Positions 40,181-52,013 are shown, counted from the stretch's first letter. The stretch is DNA of 64,000 nucleotides from Octopus vulgaris (GCA_951406725.2 OX597817.1:88722001-88786000), one strand, 5' to 3'. Notes: generated from the sequence alone by a model not told the origin. Program-made: numbers and translations.

Positions 40181-40186
40181 GCAGTC

Positions 40187-40412
40187 TTTTATCTTTCACT
40201 TGTTTGTCATTTGACTGCGGCCACGCTGGAACACTGCCTAGAACAATTTTTAGTCGAATGAATCGACTCCCGTCCTTATTTTAAAGTTTGGTACTTGTGC
40301 TATCGATTTTTTTTTTGCTGAACCGCTAAGTTACGGAGACGTAAACACACCGATTTTCAAGCGGTGGTGAGGAACAAACACCGACACAAAGATACATGCA
40401 AACACACACACA

Positions 40413-40450
<38 letters not shown>

Positions 40451-40600
40451 TACATACACACACATACATACATGCATACATACATACATACATATCTATA
40501 TATACGACGGGCTTCTTTCGGTTTCAGTCAACCAAATCCACTCACAAGGCTTTGGTCGGCCTAAGCTATTATAGAAGACACTTGTCCAATGCGCCACGCA
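40187..40600 (-). mobile_element. SINE family A (5' truncated)
   Basis: Match to 49453-49865; CpGs are retained. Confidence 0.8.
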
Positions 40601-41029
40601 AACCTGAATTTAAAAATCAAAAATAAATTTAAGAAAAGCACTGGACACATAAGACTATATGAAATATATAAATTAGAACAAGATAAATTTTAACTCAGAG
40701 TGTAAATGAAATATTCATTGTTAAGATAAGCATTTTCAGATCAAGCAAATCACTAGAGTTAATTTCTGTGAATCAAATAGCACTTAGTAGACTTCAGGGT
40801 TCGACACTAATGTTCTTTTTCTTCATCTGATAAAAATTTCCTAACATAATAGACAGCGCGACTCCGCCTCTTTTCCGTCCCACTGATATGCTCATGAAAG
40901 GCAATTAACTGCTCCGATGATTTTACTATCTGATAGGTTGTTTAGTGTTTAGTGGAATGCTGAGTAGACAAGTACATCAGAAGTTTAAGTATGTATAGAT
41001 TGCGTGTGTGTGTATGTGTGCGTGCGTGG

Positions 41030-42125
41030 GATGTCCCAAAAGTAATGCAAAAGTGAGCATAACGTTTTTTATTAGCTCAAGTAGGTTCTCCAAAGTGAAA
41101 TGCAGATGTTCCTCTTTAGTAACTCTTCTTCCTGTTTATCTTCTTTGCAGCAAATAAGCTCAAGCAGTTGTAACGTGCCGTCAAAAAGTCCTTCATGGAG
41201 GAGGAGTATATAGCTTGTCCGACAGCCACAGAAAGCTTCAAATCGTTTACAGAAATGAATTTATTAGCAAGAGAGGGCAATGTGCACAGACGAATGAAGA
41301 TTAAAGAAGATGATGACAAACCACATAGTGAGAGATCACTAACATGGATCACCGGCATATCGATAAATTGATTCGCCCAGACAGACGAGTCATAGTTCAC
41401 GCGAGCTTGCTGAACAACTCGACTGTGGTAACAATGCCTTGCAAGAGATAGCGGAAGACTTTGGGGTATAGAAAAGTGTAAGTTGATAACTTATTTGCTG
41501 AAGAGAAGGATGGAGGTCTGATGTGATCCCCCCAGAAGCGTATGATATCAATTAAGTCATATTTCTTCCGATCTGGCAACAGCTCAAATCCAAAAGGTTC
41601 AGTGCAAAGCCTAAGTAGTTCAAAAGTCAGTGATCGACTCAAAAAAATTATGTTGACTGGAGGAATGAGAGCGGCATCATTCTGTTTGGTTTTCTGGAAC
41701 ATAGTCGTACAGTGAACAGCAAGCGGTACAATGAGACATTAAAAACAAACTAAGAAAAGTCATTGGGAGTTAAATCCGAACAAGAATCTGACAACGATCT
41801 ACATTCATCAATACAGCTTTAGTTACAAACTAGGCAATAAGCAATCTGGGCTGGTCAAAGGCTCTCCACCCACTATACAGCCCAGCCAACTTCTCCTGCT
41901 CTGTCTGATGGAGGATAATATTCTGATAACACGGCTGAGGTGAAAGTGGTTGAGAACAAAGGATTCCAGAGCTAGGTTCAACGATGGTGCAAATGCGTCG
42001 CTTGTGATGGTGATTACGCTGAATATTAATTACTTTTGTGTACAGGGAGAGCTATTCTACTAACATGTACAGCTTTGAACGACATTTGTTATACCCACTT
42101 TTGCATTACTTTCTAGTATACATGG
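41030..42125 (+). mobile_element. Degraded mariner transposon
   Basis: Inverted termini AAAGTAATGCAAAAGTG (about 41039) and CACTTTTGCATTACTTT (about 42096). Relic KKIMLT and HPLYSP (HPPYSPDL-like) motifs; about 1.1 kb long. Confidence 0.7.
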
Positions 42126-42171
42126 TCATACGCGCGCGCACACGCACATACATATACATGCATATTCACAC

Positions 42172-42222
<51 letters not shown>

Positions 42223-42229
42223 TATATAC

Positions 42230-42787
42230 ATTTATATATGAGGATAATATCGATATTTAAGTGTCGAAATTATCAAGTGGCCAGCATGAAAGAAATACCT
42301 TACAAAGGTAAAAAAATTTTTTAACAATTAAAAATGAGGGTGTCTAAAAGACACCAACATGCCGAAATAGCAGTCGAAACTCTGACTATAAAACCACGTT
42401 AAATGTTCATATCGCACCATGAGGTAAAGCGGAGGGACAAAACATACAAGCAAAAATTATTGAATACTTCAAGATCCAAGGATTTCTGGTTCTGCTTTAA
42501 ATAAGCTTTACCGTCATCAATTGAATATATCAAGGGTACATAAATACAGATATATGCACAGCAAACGATATACTTACATACACGAGCGTCGCACATACAT
42601 ACATATGCACGTATGGACACAGCCAGTTTGAATCGCCCGCCAAATCACCGCATAATTACTATATGGTTAAAATAAGCACCGCAGTGAATATAATAACGAA
42701 TTATATAAATTTATATATGAGGATAATATCGATATTTAAGTGTCGAAATTATCAAGTGGCCAGCATGAAAGAAATACCTTAGAAAGG

Positions 42788-42788
<1 letters not shown>
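42230..42788 (-). mobile_element. 479-bp-period retrozyme-like / PLE-derived unit with about 80-bp terminal direct repeat
   Basis: 42230-42309 equals 42709-42788 except for one mismatch. Flanked by (TA)n on both sides and contains a hammerhead motif. Confidence 0.7.
42464..42528 (-). ncRNA. Type I hammerhead ribozyme motif (C3 is U)
   Basis: Minus strand: ATATTCAA TTGATGA cGGT aaa GCTT attta AAGC aga ACCa GAAA TCC tt GGA TC TTGAAgTAT. Stems I, II and III and an AUC triplet are in the correct order. Confidence 0.7.
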
Positions 42789-42837
<49 letters not shown>

Positions 42838-43877
42838 CGATCTCAGAGCTTATTTTTAAGTCAGGTACTTATTCTATCAATCTCTTTTTGCCGAACCGCT
42901 ATGTTACGTGGACATTAACAAACCAACACCGGTTGTCAAGCAGTGGTGCTGGCGGGGGAAAACAGAAATATAAAGACGCACACAGACATGCACACATACA
43001 CACAGACATGCACGCACCCACACGCACACATGCGCGCGCACGCGCAAACTTGCCTTTATGTATGTATTGTGAATTTGTGACTTTGATCTGCATTACTCAC
43101 TGTTTCACAAACATAAAAGCACACTGATCGTTCAGGTAGTGTTACAAATTTTAAAATCACAATGTCTGCGTTGTTAGACGTGCTTTTTTACATCTATGAA
43201 ACTCAGACTAATGCGGATCTGTTAAACTGTACACTCCCCCTCACACGCACGCATACATCGATTATATACTACAGAAGCAGTATTAGATTAAAACAATAAT
43301 TTTGTGCAAATACATAGTGACAGGCGGTATTCTGCTGGAGATAATGGAGTTTTACTCAGCTGGGTGGCTACAGGTTTATTCACTGTTTTCGTATATATCT
43401 GTGATGGTGGATTTCGTCTAAGTATGCTGGCAGTGCGTACACGTTATTGATAACGTCCAACGAAGCAGAAATGCATATAACGTTCTCATTCGCCACTGCT
43501 CGGAAGAGTCCCGTCTCCATCTGATATATACATATAGTGTTTTAAAGAACGCATCTGGAGATATCATCCCCAAATGAATACCGCAATACATTTGCTTACC
43601 CCAATGTATTTACTTTAAGTATGATGCATTAATGGCTACACACACACACGCATACACATATTCATACATATACACAAGTGATTTAGGCAGCAGTAAGCAA
43701 ATGTATATCAAAAAGGAAACCTATAACCGTCATTAAATATGACTGAGGGTGTTGGAAACACCTACATTGCTAGAATTAAGAGCTAAATCCTGTAATGCTT
43801 CAGTCAATGCACATAATTGTATGCATTCATTTTGACAGGAACCGTAATCGCTCGAAAATCAACGGTCGAGATATCTA

Positions 43878-44160
43878 TATAATCTACCGTCACTAAAATG
43901 TGACCAAGGGTACAGGGAGCACCGGCATTATTAAAAACAAGAGTCAAAGACTCTTTAGCCACAGAAAGCACATGTTCTATTTAATTTTGCATACAAATTA
44001 GCATGTTAATCTAATGCACCTCACTTACGGTGGAGAGGTTGTCTCCCCTGTCAGTTAAATAGAACATGTGCTTTCTGCTGCTGAAAAATCTCTGACTCTT
44101 ATTTCTAGCAATGTCAGTGCTTCCTGCACCCTTGGTCACTTTATAGTGACGGTGAATTAT
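43878..44160. repeat. Foldback element: about 105-bp inverted arms around a 70-nt spacer
   Basis: Perfect 23-bp inner pair at 43962-43984 and 44055-44077; diverged outer arms (ACCGTCACTA..GTGACCAAGGGT / ACCCTTGGTCAC..TAGTGACGGT). Confidence 0.85.
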
Positions 44161-44200
44161 TTCGCTTTTGGTTTTAAATTGCGTCTAGCCACCATAATTA

Positions 44201-44231
<31 letters not shown>

Positions 44232-44619
44232 TTGGCTGTTTCTCTTTATACTACACAGGAGAGCACCCGCTTCTAAGGAATCCTTTTTTCTTCTTCTCAT
44301 AAATGAAACTAAATGGAAGAGAGTGAAGTACATCATATAAATTTTATATATTTCATATGATTCATTTTTTGTTTTTCTCGTTTCAACAAAGTGCTCTTAA
44401 TATTCATAGATAGAAGCCTGTATTTCGATTTTAATTGAATCTATTCAATACGAAGCAGTTAAGGGTCCATTTATTGCACTATTTACATTACAAAAGAAGA
44501 AAGCAGAATGAGACAGAAAGATGGATATTTGGAGGAAATATTTGATCAAGAGAAAGTCATTTAAATTCAAAGTTCAAAGGCAAATAGTTGTGCACATAGA
44601 GGGTAATTTAATTTTAAAT

Positions 44620-44670
<51 letters not shown>

Positions 44671-45289
44671 TACATACATACATACATACATACATACATA
44701 CATACATACATTATATATTATATATATTACAGTTACTCCCTGTTGGAATAGCAGTAAGTGTGTGAATGTGTGTGTGTGTGTGTATGTGTGCGTGTGTGTG
44801 TGTGTGTGTGGGCGCGCGCGTGTGTGTGAGAGAGAGAGAGACAAATAAAGAGATAAAGAGAAAGTAGGAGGGAGAGCGTGTGTGAGAGAGAGAGAGGGGG
44901 AGAGAGAGAGAGAGATGTATGTGTGTGCAGTTGAACAAGAGGCAACGGAAACATTTTCAATCATGTCAATCTTGGCAACGAATGATTTCCATTCAAAAAT
45001 AACGACTAAAAGAATCTGCATAGTCACTGCACATCGAAAGAAGCTAGTTCCTGGACCATCTGTACGAGTTTATGTGAACTTGCACCCTAGTTGGTTAACT
45101 ATTGCATTCGAAGTGGAACCACCTGGAATTTTAAACGATAAATTTAACTGTATAAGAAATTGTTATGATGTTAATAAGAATATTTACATGGCTGAAAGAA
45201 ATCGAGGGGAATTGGTGATAATTTAAGTGATCTCAGAGCGCAGTGATTAATCAACTTTATAGTGACCAACAGTATGGGCAGACTTAATA

Positions 45290-45457
45290 ATACAGTTCTA
45301 TATTTACGAGATGCAGAATTATGTACTTTATTTACATTATTTACATTCGACGGATATTTGTCCTCATCTTGTTTGTTGTTAACACAGCGTTTCGGCTGAT
45401 ATACCCTCCAGCCTTCTTCAAGTGTCTTGGGGAAATTTCGAACCTGGTATTTTTCGA

Positions 45458-45521
<64 letters not shown>

Positions 45522-45526
45522 GTTCA
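45290..45526 (-). mobile_element. Hammerhead-bearing repeat body plus (AAT)n linker; left arm of an inverted dimer
   Basis: 45325-45460 is the reverse complement of 46251-46376 apart from two deletions. Confidence 0.75.
45381..45426 (-). ncRNA. Minimal type I hammerhead motif, degenerate (C3 is U, U16.1 is C)
   Basis: Minus strand: GACAC TTGAAGA a GGCTG gagggtatat CAGCC GAAA CG CT GTGTT. Stems I and II are 5 bp each. The sister copy retains CTGAAGA at 46307-46313. Confidence 0.7.
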
Positions 45527-45544
45527 TTACGCCACTATGCCCAC

Positions 45545-45619
45545 GGACATATGGCGTAGTGGTTAAGAGCACGGGCTACTAACCCCAAGATTCCGAGTTC
45601 GATTCCAAGCAGTGACCTG

Positions 45620-45620
<1 letters not shown>
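45545..45620 (+). mobile_element. tRNA-derived Pol III head
   Basis: A box TGGCGTAGTGG (45552-45562) and B box GAGTTCGATTCC (45595-45606). No proper acceptor stem; followed by (AAC)n(AAT)n. Confidence 0.8.
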
Positions 45621-45655
<35 letters not shown>

Positions 45656-45672
45656 AAAAATAATAATAATAA

Positions 45673-46230
45673 ATGCCCTGATACAGTACCAGACAGTGGC
45701 TCTCATGGCTCCTGATCTTAACTGATTGGAAGTGTTATCATGTACATTGTTTTATCTTGGTATAAAAGATGGGCTACAGCAAATATTCTGCCCAATACCA
45801 CAGATTTGCTTGTCAGTTGTTTGTCCATAACCAGTTGACCATGTCCCTTAGTGGCTGACAATATGTGCATCTCTGATCACAAGCAGAAGTAGTGGGGGAG
45901 CATCATAGCCGTGTGTTGAAAGGAATTCTTGGAGGTTTGGATAGTTCACCTCTGGAAACATGGGTGGTTCGTTCAACATCCTTAAACAATCCTTATTCTG
46001 GGACCTTTTGAGTGGGAAGAGCTACTCGATCAGAACAAAAATTCTAACTAGGCCCCACCTGCAAGGTCATGTGCTGTTTATCTTGATATGAGATCACCAT
46101 GTCGCGCACATATGGTTGTGATACATGTGCCTGGTGTACCCTTATCAGACGGGTAATCATGATGGGTACACTGGGCTTCGTATATTTTACCCCATTGTCA
46201 CTTTGATGGCATGCACTGCTCTCTCACTCA
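45673..46230. mobile_element. Unclassified repeat of about 560 bp inserted in an (AAT)n tract
   Basis: (AAT)n lies on both sides; a second partial copy is at 39885-40180. Confidence 0.65.
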
Positions 46231-46250
46231 ATAATAATAATAATAATAAC

Positions 46251-46376
46251 AACATCAAAAAATACCTTAGGAATGAGAACCCAGGTTCGAAATTTCCTCA
46301 AGACATCTGAAGAAGGCTGCGTTAACAACAAACAAGATGAGGACAAATATCTGTCAAATGTAAATAATGTAAATAA
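46251..46376 (+). mobile_element. Hammerhead-bearing repeat body, right arm (24-nt deletion removes the stem II loop, its 3' strand and GAAA)
   Basis: GACATCTGAAGAAGGCTG^CGTTAACAACAAACAAGATGAGGACAAATAT; inverted relative to 45325-45460. Confidence 0.75.
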
Positions 46377-46389
46377 GAATTAATAATAG

Positions 46390-46596
46390 TTTCATATTTT
46401 GACACAAGGACAGCAATTTCGGGGGAGCGAGGTAAGCCGATTACATAAACTCCAATGCTCAATTGATAGCCATTCTATCGACCACGAAAGAATGAAAGGC
46501 AAAGTCAACCTCTGTGAAATTTGAACTCAGAACATAAAGACGGACGAAATGCCGCTATGTATTTTGCATGGTAGCGATTCTGCCAGCTCGCCGCCT
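46390..46596 (-). mobile_element. SINE family C
   Basis: Similar to 39460-39669. Confidence 0.75.
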
Positions 46597-46722
46597 TATG
46601 AGGGCAGGCCTAATAATACCTGTGCATCACAAACGGACGAGACAGAAAATTTCTTATTAGTGTGGATCAAAGAGAAACAATTTGCTTGTGATTCAGTGAG
46701 TATGACATTTTATTTATATAAA

Positions 46723-47181
46723 ACTAGCAGAGATACCGGTCTTGCTCGGGATTAAAATGGCATTGTTTTTTTATTGTTTTACTTGTTTCAGTCATGTGAC
46801 TGCGGCCAAGCTGGAGCACCGCCTTTGGTCGAAAAAATCGACCACAGGATTTATTCTTTGTAAGCCTAGTACTTATTGTATCAGTGTCTTTTGCTGTACC
46901 GCTAAGCTATGGGAACGTAAACACAGCAATAAAGTATTAATAGAGATGTTATTGTTTCACTTTTGACACGTAATACGGAAACAGTGTAAGATATAAGAGA
47001 TTGCTCCGGGTTGCATTAGGCAAGAAGTTGAAAATTTATTTGGCCCATGACACTGCATGGACCCTAAGTAAGGCATGTGTAAAATTTGAATGAAATCCGT
47101 TGGGTAGTTCTTGAGTTTTAGTGATACACACATACATACACACATACATACATACATACATACATACATACATACATACAT

Positions 47182-47216
<35 letters not shown>

Positions 47217-47253
47217 AACAATCAGACACATTCTCAGCTTTATATATATAGAT
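46723..47253 (+). mobile_element. Helentron-like non-autonomous element (HINE/DINE-1 type) carrying a SINE A fragment (about 46775-46925)
   Basis: 5' ACTAGCAG..CCGGTCTTGCTCGGG hairpin; (CATA)n(CAGA)n near the 3' end; terminus CTTTATATATATAGAT. Confidence 0.6.
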
Positions 47254-47259
47254 AAGTCT

Positions 47260-47834
47260 TGTAGCAAGTATATGTTCACAGTTTGCTTGTCTACCTTTAA
47301 ATAAGCGAATGTCGGCTCATACCCTGTTTTCTACAAGTAGTCACATGAGCTGGTCACGTGATGGGTTACACATCGATCTAGCCCTTCTCGCTTTACGTGG
47401 CCTAGCCATCCCATCATGTGACAGACCAGCCGTCTACTCACTGGAACCCACCATCAGCTACATAAGGAGAACTCTTCCCGCTATTCTTTAGCGAGGTGGG
47501 TTCAGATCTCGACAGAGAGGAAGTTTATTTCTCAGGAAGTCTTCGATCTATACGTCTGTTCCCGTCTTCTAGCAGAAGTCATGTCACGTATTTGATTTTT
47601 CGTTCAACACCGCATACATCATCATGTACCAACTGCATGAGAAACCATACGTATATTTTCTGACAGTATCATTCAAGATATGTTCTATCAAACTTTGCTG
47701 GGTTAATGCTCTTTTACGTGTTGAATAAATGGTCGCATTTAATCCTGGTTTTCTCTTTCTTCCTTTATCTACATACACACATATATTGGAACTCAAACCA
47801 GCTTAATTCATTAACTCAATTTATCCCCGTTAAA
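47260..47834 (+). mobile_element. Probable solo LTR
   Basis: Starts TGTAGC and ends GTTAAA (degenerate inverted end); AATAAA at about 47724. TSD GTCT/GTTT. Removing it restores the Tigger frame AAG TCT CTT TAC AAG CAG CTT (KSLYKQL). Confidence 0.5.
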
Positions 47835-48540
47835 GTTTCTTTACAAGCAGCTTAAGAAGGATGCTTCTAGTGTCAGTACTATTAGTATGTCAAAGTCAGA
47901 AGGATTTAAAGCCAGTAAGGACTGGTCTGAAATTATCTAAAAAAAAAAAGAGGAAAAAAAAGAGAACGAAACATGTATTGATTGACTGCTTTGGCTGTTA
48001 GGCATGGCGAAACTGTCAGTTCACACATAAACACTGCAGAAAAATACTATATTCAAGTTTAGTGAACCTGTAGAATGAAGTGATTTGTTTTCTGTGGGAT
48101 TTTAATAGCAACTTTTTTTTGTGGTGGTGGGATGGGGTGGATGTGCGTAAGAGAACTTTCATTTAATACAGGAAGAGCCCAAATTTTGTGGTTATGAAGT
48201 GGTGAAGATTATGCTAACCCTATTTTTCTACATTAATGCTTCAAGAATTTTGAAGGCAAAACCCCTCTTGGTATATCATTCAAAAAAATCCCTGGAACTC
48301 CAAGAAAAAGCAAGAACGGTTTTGGTGTTCAATAGGCTTCAGCTCGAACTCTTGGATTACCAGAAACTTATTTACTGCGTGTTTTACTCATGTCTTTACT
48401 CTAGCCGTTTATGGGACTATTTCAAGGAGAAGGGTTTTCTGCAAAAGAATCTTCTTGTTACAGAAAATGCTCCAACACACACTCATTTGTAATATTTGTA
48501 CACCTATAGTTGTAATATAGTGAGTGGAAAACTTTCGATA

Positions 48541-48711
48541 GTGCAGGCGTAGATATGTGGTTAAGAAGTTTGCTTCCCAACCACATAATTCCGGGTTTAG
48601 TCCCACAAAGTAGCATCTTCGGTAAGTGTCTTCTACAACGGCTTCGGGCCGACCAAAAACTTGGGAATGGATTTGGTAGACGGAAACTGAAACAGTCCCA
48701 TCGAATATATA

Positions 48712-48759
<48 letters not shown>

Positions 48760-49000
48760 GGGTGTATATGCGGTTTTTCTTTTCTTTTATTCTTTTACAT
48801 GTTTCAGTCATTTGACTGCGGCCATGCTGGAGCACCGCTTTAAAGAGTTTTTTATTCGAAGAAATCGACCCCAGGACATATTCTTTGTAAGCTTAGTGCT
48901 TATTATATCGGTTTCTGTTATCGAACCGCTAAGTTACGGGGACTTAAACATACAAGCATCGGTTGTCAAACGATAGCGGGGAGGGGGCGACAAACATAGA
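48541..49000. mobile_element. Two SINE family A halves in opposite orientation (48541-48703 plus; 48781-49000 minus)
   Basis: Head on the plus strand, then (TA)n, then a tail-side segment on the minus strand. Confidence 0.7.
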
Positions 49001-49314
49001 CGCGCGCGCGCACACACACGCACACACACACACAGATACAAACAAAAACACATGCGCGGATAAGGATACACACCACAGAAAGACAAATTGGACTTTAAAA
49101 AACAGGAAGAGACACATGAAATGGAGAGTCGCTGGAGAGGTCACAGGTCGTGTGACGAAAGATTTCAGACAATGGACACTAAAATAAGAGCATTAATAAA
49201 GCTGAAATAATGAACGAATATATATAGTACGTGTGTTTATTCGGCAAAAAGGCTAAAAAGATGATCATCCCGAAATATAGCAATGTCTGTTTCAACAACA
49301 CGATTTGACATCGG

Positions 49315-49351
<37 letters not shown>

Positions 49352-49369
49352 CATACATACATACATCAT

Positions 49370-49451
<82 letters not shown>

Positions 49452-49452
49452 A

Positions 49453-49865
49453 CTCTTTACTCTTTTACTTGTTTCAGTCATTTGACTGCGGCCATGCTGG
49501 AGCACCGCCTTTAGTCGAGCAATTCGACCCCGGGACTTATTCTTTGTAAGCCCAGTACTTATTCTATCGGTCTCTTTTGCCGAACCGCTAATTGACGGGG
49601 ACGTAAACACACCAGCATCGGTTGTCAAGCGATGTTGGGGGGACAAACACAGACACACAAACACACATACACACACACACATATATATATATATACATAT
49701 ATACGACAGGCTTCTTTCAGTTTCCGTCTACTAAATCCACTCACAAGGCATTGGTCGGCCCGGGGCTATAGTAGAAGACACTTGCCCAAGATGCCACGCA
49801 GTGGAATGAACCCGGAACCATGTGGTTGGTTAGCAAGCTACTTACCACACAGCCACTCCTGCGCC
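49453..49865 (-). mobile_element. Full-length young SINE family A
   Basis: Minus strand GGCGCAGGAGTGGCTGTGTGGTAAG (A box), GGTTCATTCC (B box), CTTGGGCAAGT CORE-like block, internal (TA)(TG) tract and (AGTAAAAG)n tail. Confidence 0.9.
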
Positions 49866-49904
<39 letters not shown>

Positions 49905-49906
<2 letters not shown>

Positions 49907-51592
49907 TAGCAGTATCGCCCGGCGTTGCTCGGGTTTGTAAGGGAAATAACTATATAAGCATTTTTAGTGAGTTATAGCAAAAAAATAGCAAAAGATGCAT
50001 TAAAAATGGAATAAAAGATGAGGGAAATTTTTTTTTAAATCGTTGACTCATCGTAGACATTTTTAGAGAGTTACTTCCCTTATATAATAGCGAAAAATGC
50101 ATTAAAATGGAATAAAAAATGATGGGAATTTTTTTTTTAAATCGTTGACTCATCGTAGACATTTTTAGAGAGTTACTTCCCTTATATAATAGCGAAAAAT
50201 GCATTAAAATGGAATAAAAAATTATGGTAATTTTTTTTTTAATCGTTGACTCACCGTAGACATTTTTAGAGAGTTACTTCCCTTATATTATAGAGAAAAA
50301 TGCATTAAAATGGAATAAAAAATGATGGTAATTTTTTTTTTAAATCGTAGACTCATCGTAGACGCGCGCTAATACCCAGAAGGGCTCGATATGAATCACG
50401 ACTATAAGATACCCGGTTTTGGTTAAACTGCACCGCAAAATGTGGGAGTAGTTAGAAATCTAAATCGTAGGAGACAGACACACAACTTCACTTTTATATA
50501 TAAAGATTTGTGCAACAACTAAAACATTCGGTTGTGCAAATTGTTTGCACAGGAGACCTGCCCTGTGTGGCGGTAATTGCCGTTTTTGTGGATCTGTTTC
50601 AGCTTTTTTAGCGATTTCTGTTTTGGCGACTTCAAGCCATGAAGTCGTTGTTCTAAAAGAACGCTGGTCTCCTTGACAACGCATTACGCCGTTGATTTCC
50701 TTACACTCCCTTCCCCACAGCTTCACGAGGGAGGGAAGAAGGGGGAGAAGCAACACAGGTGCAGGTGTGAGCGTGGACGCCAACTCCGCCGCCATCGACG
50801 CACGAAAAAATATGCATTAAAATGGAATAAAAAATGATGTTAAATTATTTTAAAAATCGTAGACTCATCGTAGACGCGCGCTAATACTCAGACGGGCTCG
50901 ATATGAATCACGACTATAAGATACCCGAATTTGGTTAAACTGCACCGCAAAATGTGAGAGTAGTTAGGAATCTAAATCGAAGGGGACAGACACTCACACA
51001 ACTACAGTTTTATATATATAGATATATACTAGCAGTATCGCCCGGCGTTGCTCGGGTTTGTAAGGGAAATAACTATATAAGCATTTTTAGAGAGTTATAG
51101 CCAAAAAATAGCAAAAAAATGCATTAAAAATGGAAAAAAAATTATGGTAATTTTTTTTTAAAGTCGTTGACTCATCGTAGACATTTTCTGTTTTGGTGTC
51201 TTCAAGCCATGAAGTCGTTGTTCTAAAAGAACGCTGGTCTCCTTGACAACGCTTTACGACGTTGATTTCCTTACACTCCCTTCCCCACAGCTTCACGAGG
51301 GAGGGAAGAAGGGGGAGAAGCAAACAGGTGCAGGTGTGAGCGTGGACGCCAACTCCGCCGCCATCGACACACGAAAAAATATGCATTAAAATGGAATAAA
51401 AAATGATGTTAAATTATTTCTAAAATCGTAGACTCATCGTAGACGCGCGCTAATACCCAGACGGGCTCGATATGAATCACGACTATAAGATACCCGAATT
51501 TGGTTAAACTGCACCGCAAAATGTGGGAGTAGTTAGGAATCTAAATCGAAGGGGACAGACACTCACACAACTACAGTTTTATATATATAGAT
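49905..51592 (+). mobile_element. Head-to-tail array of Helentron-like (HINE) units with internal tandem repeats of about 101 bp
   Basis: 5' ACTAGCAGTATCGCCCGGCGTTGCTCGGG at 49905 and 51028. 3' ends TTTTATATATA(A/T)AGAT at about 50507, 51023 and 51592. CGTTGACTCA recurs at 50041, 50143 and 50244. Confidence 0.75.
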
Positions 51593-51602
51593 ATATATAT
51601 AA

Positions 51603-51905
51603 AGACCCCCTTCAGTCATGAATGACCATGGGATTGCACCTAGAAAGTTACCCTCCTAGACACAAGTCCGGGTAAGGTTGTTTATGGAAGACCAGCAGTC
51701 ACCCATGCATACCAGCCTCCCCTCTCCACGCCACCAGTGTTATCCAAGGGAAAGACAAAGGCTGATACAGCTTGGCACCAGTGACGTCGCAACTCATTTC
51801 TACAGATGAGTGAACTGGAGCAACGTGAAATAAAGTGCTTCGCTCAAGAACACAACACGCAGCCCGGTTCGGGATTCGAGCTCACAACCTCACGATCGTA
51901 AGCTC
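51603..51905 (-). mobile_element. SINE family B (5' truncated)
   Basis: Reverse complement of about 2700-2988. Confidence 0.85.
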
Positions 51906-51933
51906 ACACATACATACATGTATATATATATAT

Positions 51934-52013
<80 letters not shown>

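Larger units (their letters stand above)
46615..48490 (+). mobile_element. Fragmented pogo/Tigger transposase relic split by nested insertions
   Basis: ETENFLLVWIKEKQFACDSVS (CENP-B-like HTH), KSLYKQLKK, EGFKASKDW, KAKPLLVYHSK and YFKEKGFLQKNLLVTENAPTH (LLxDNAPxH-like). Confidence 0.75.

Noticed and set aside
45545-45620. Possible tRNA gene (also 52523-52600)
   Set aside because: A and B boxes are present but there is no acceptor stem, and the sequence continues into repeat bodies; these are SINE heads.
49250-49282. GGCTAAAAAGATGATCATCCCGAAATATAGC as a decayed hammerhead
   Set aside because: The CUGANGA core would need two substitutions, and the stems are marginal.
49955-50345. Regular repeats resembling a CRISPR array
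   Set aside because: No unique spacers; these are tandem units of about 101 bp inside a eukaryotic HINE.
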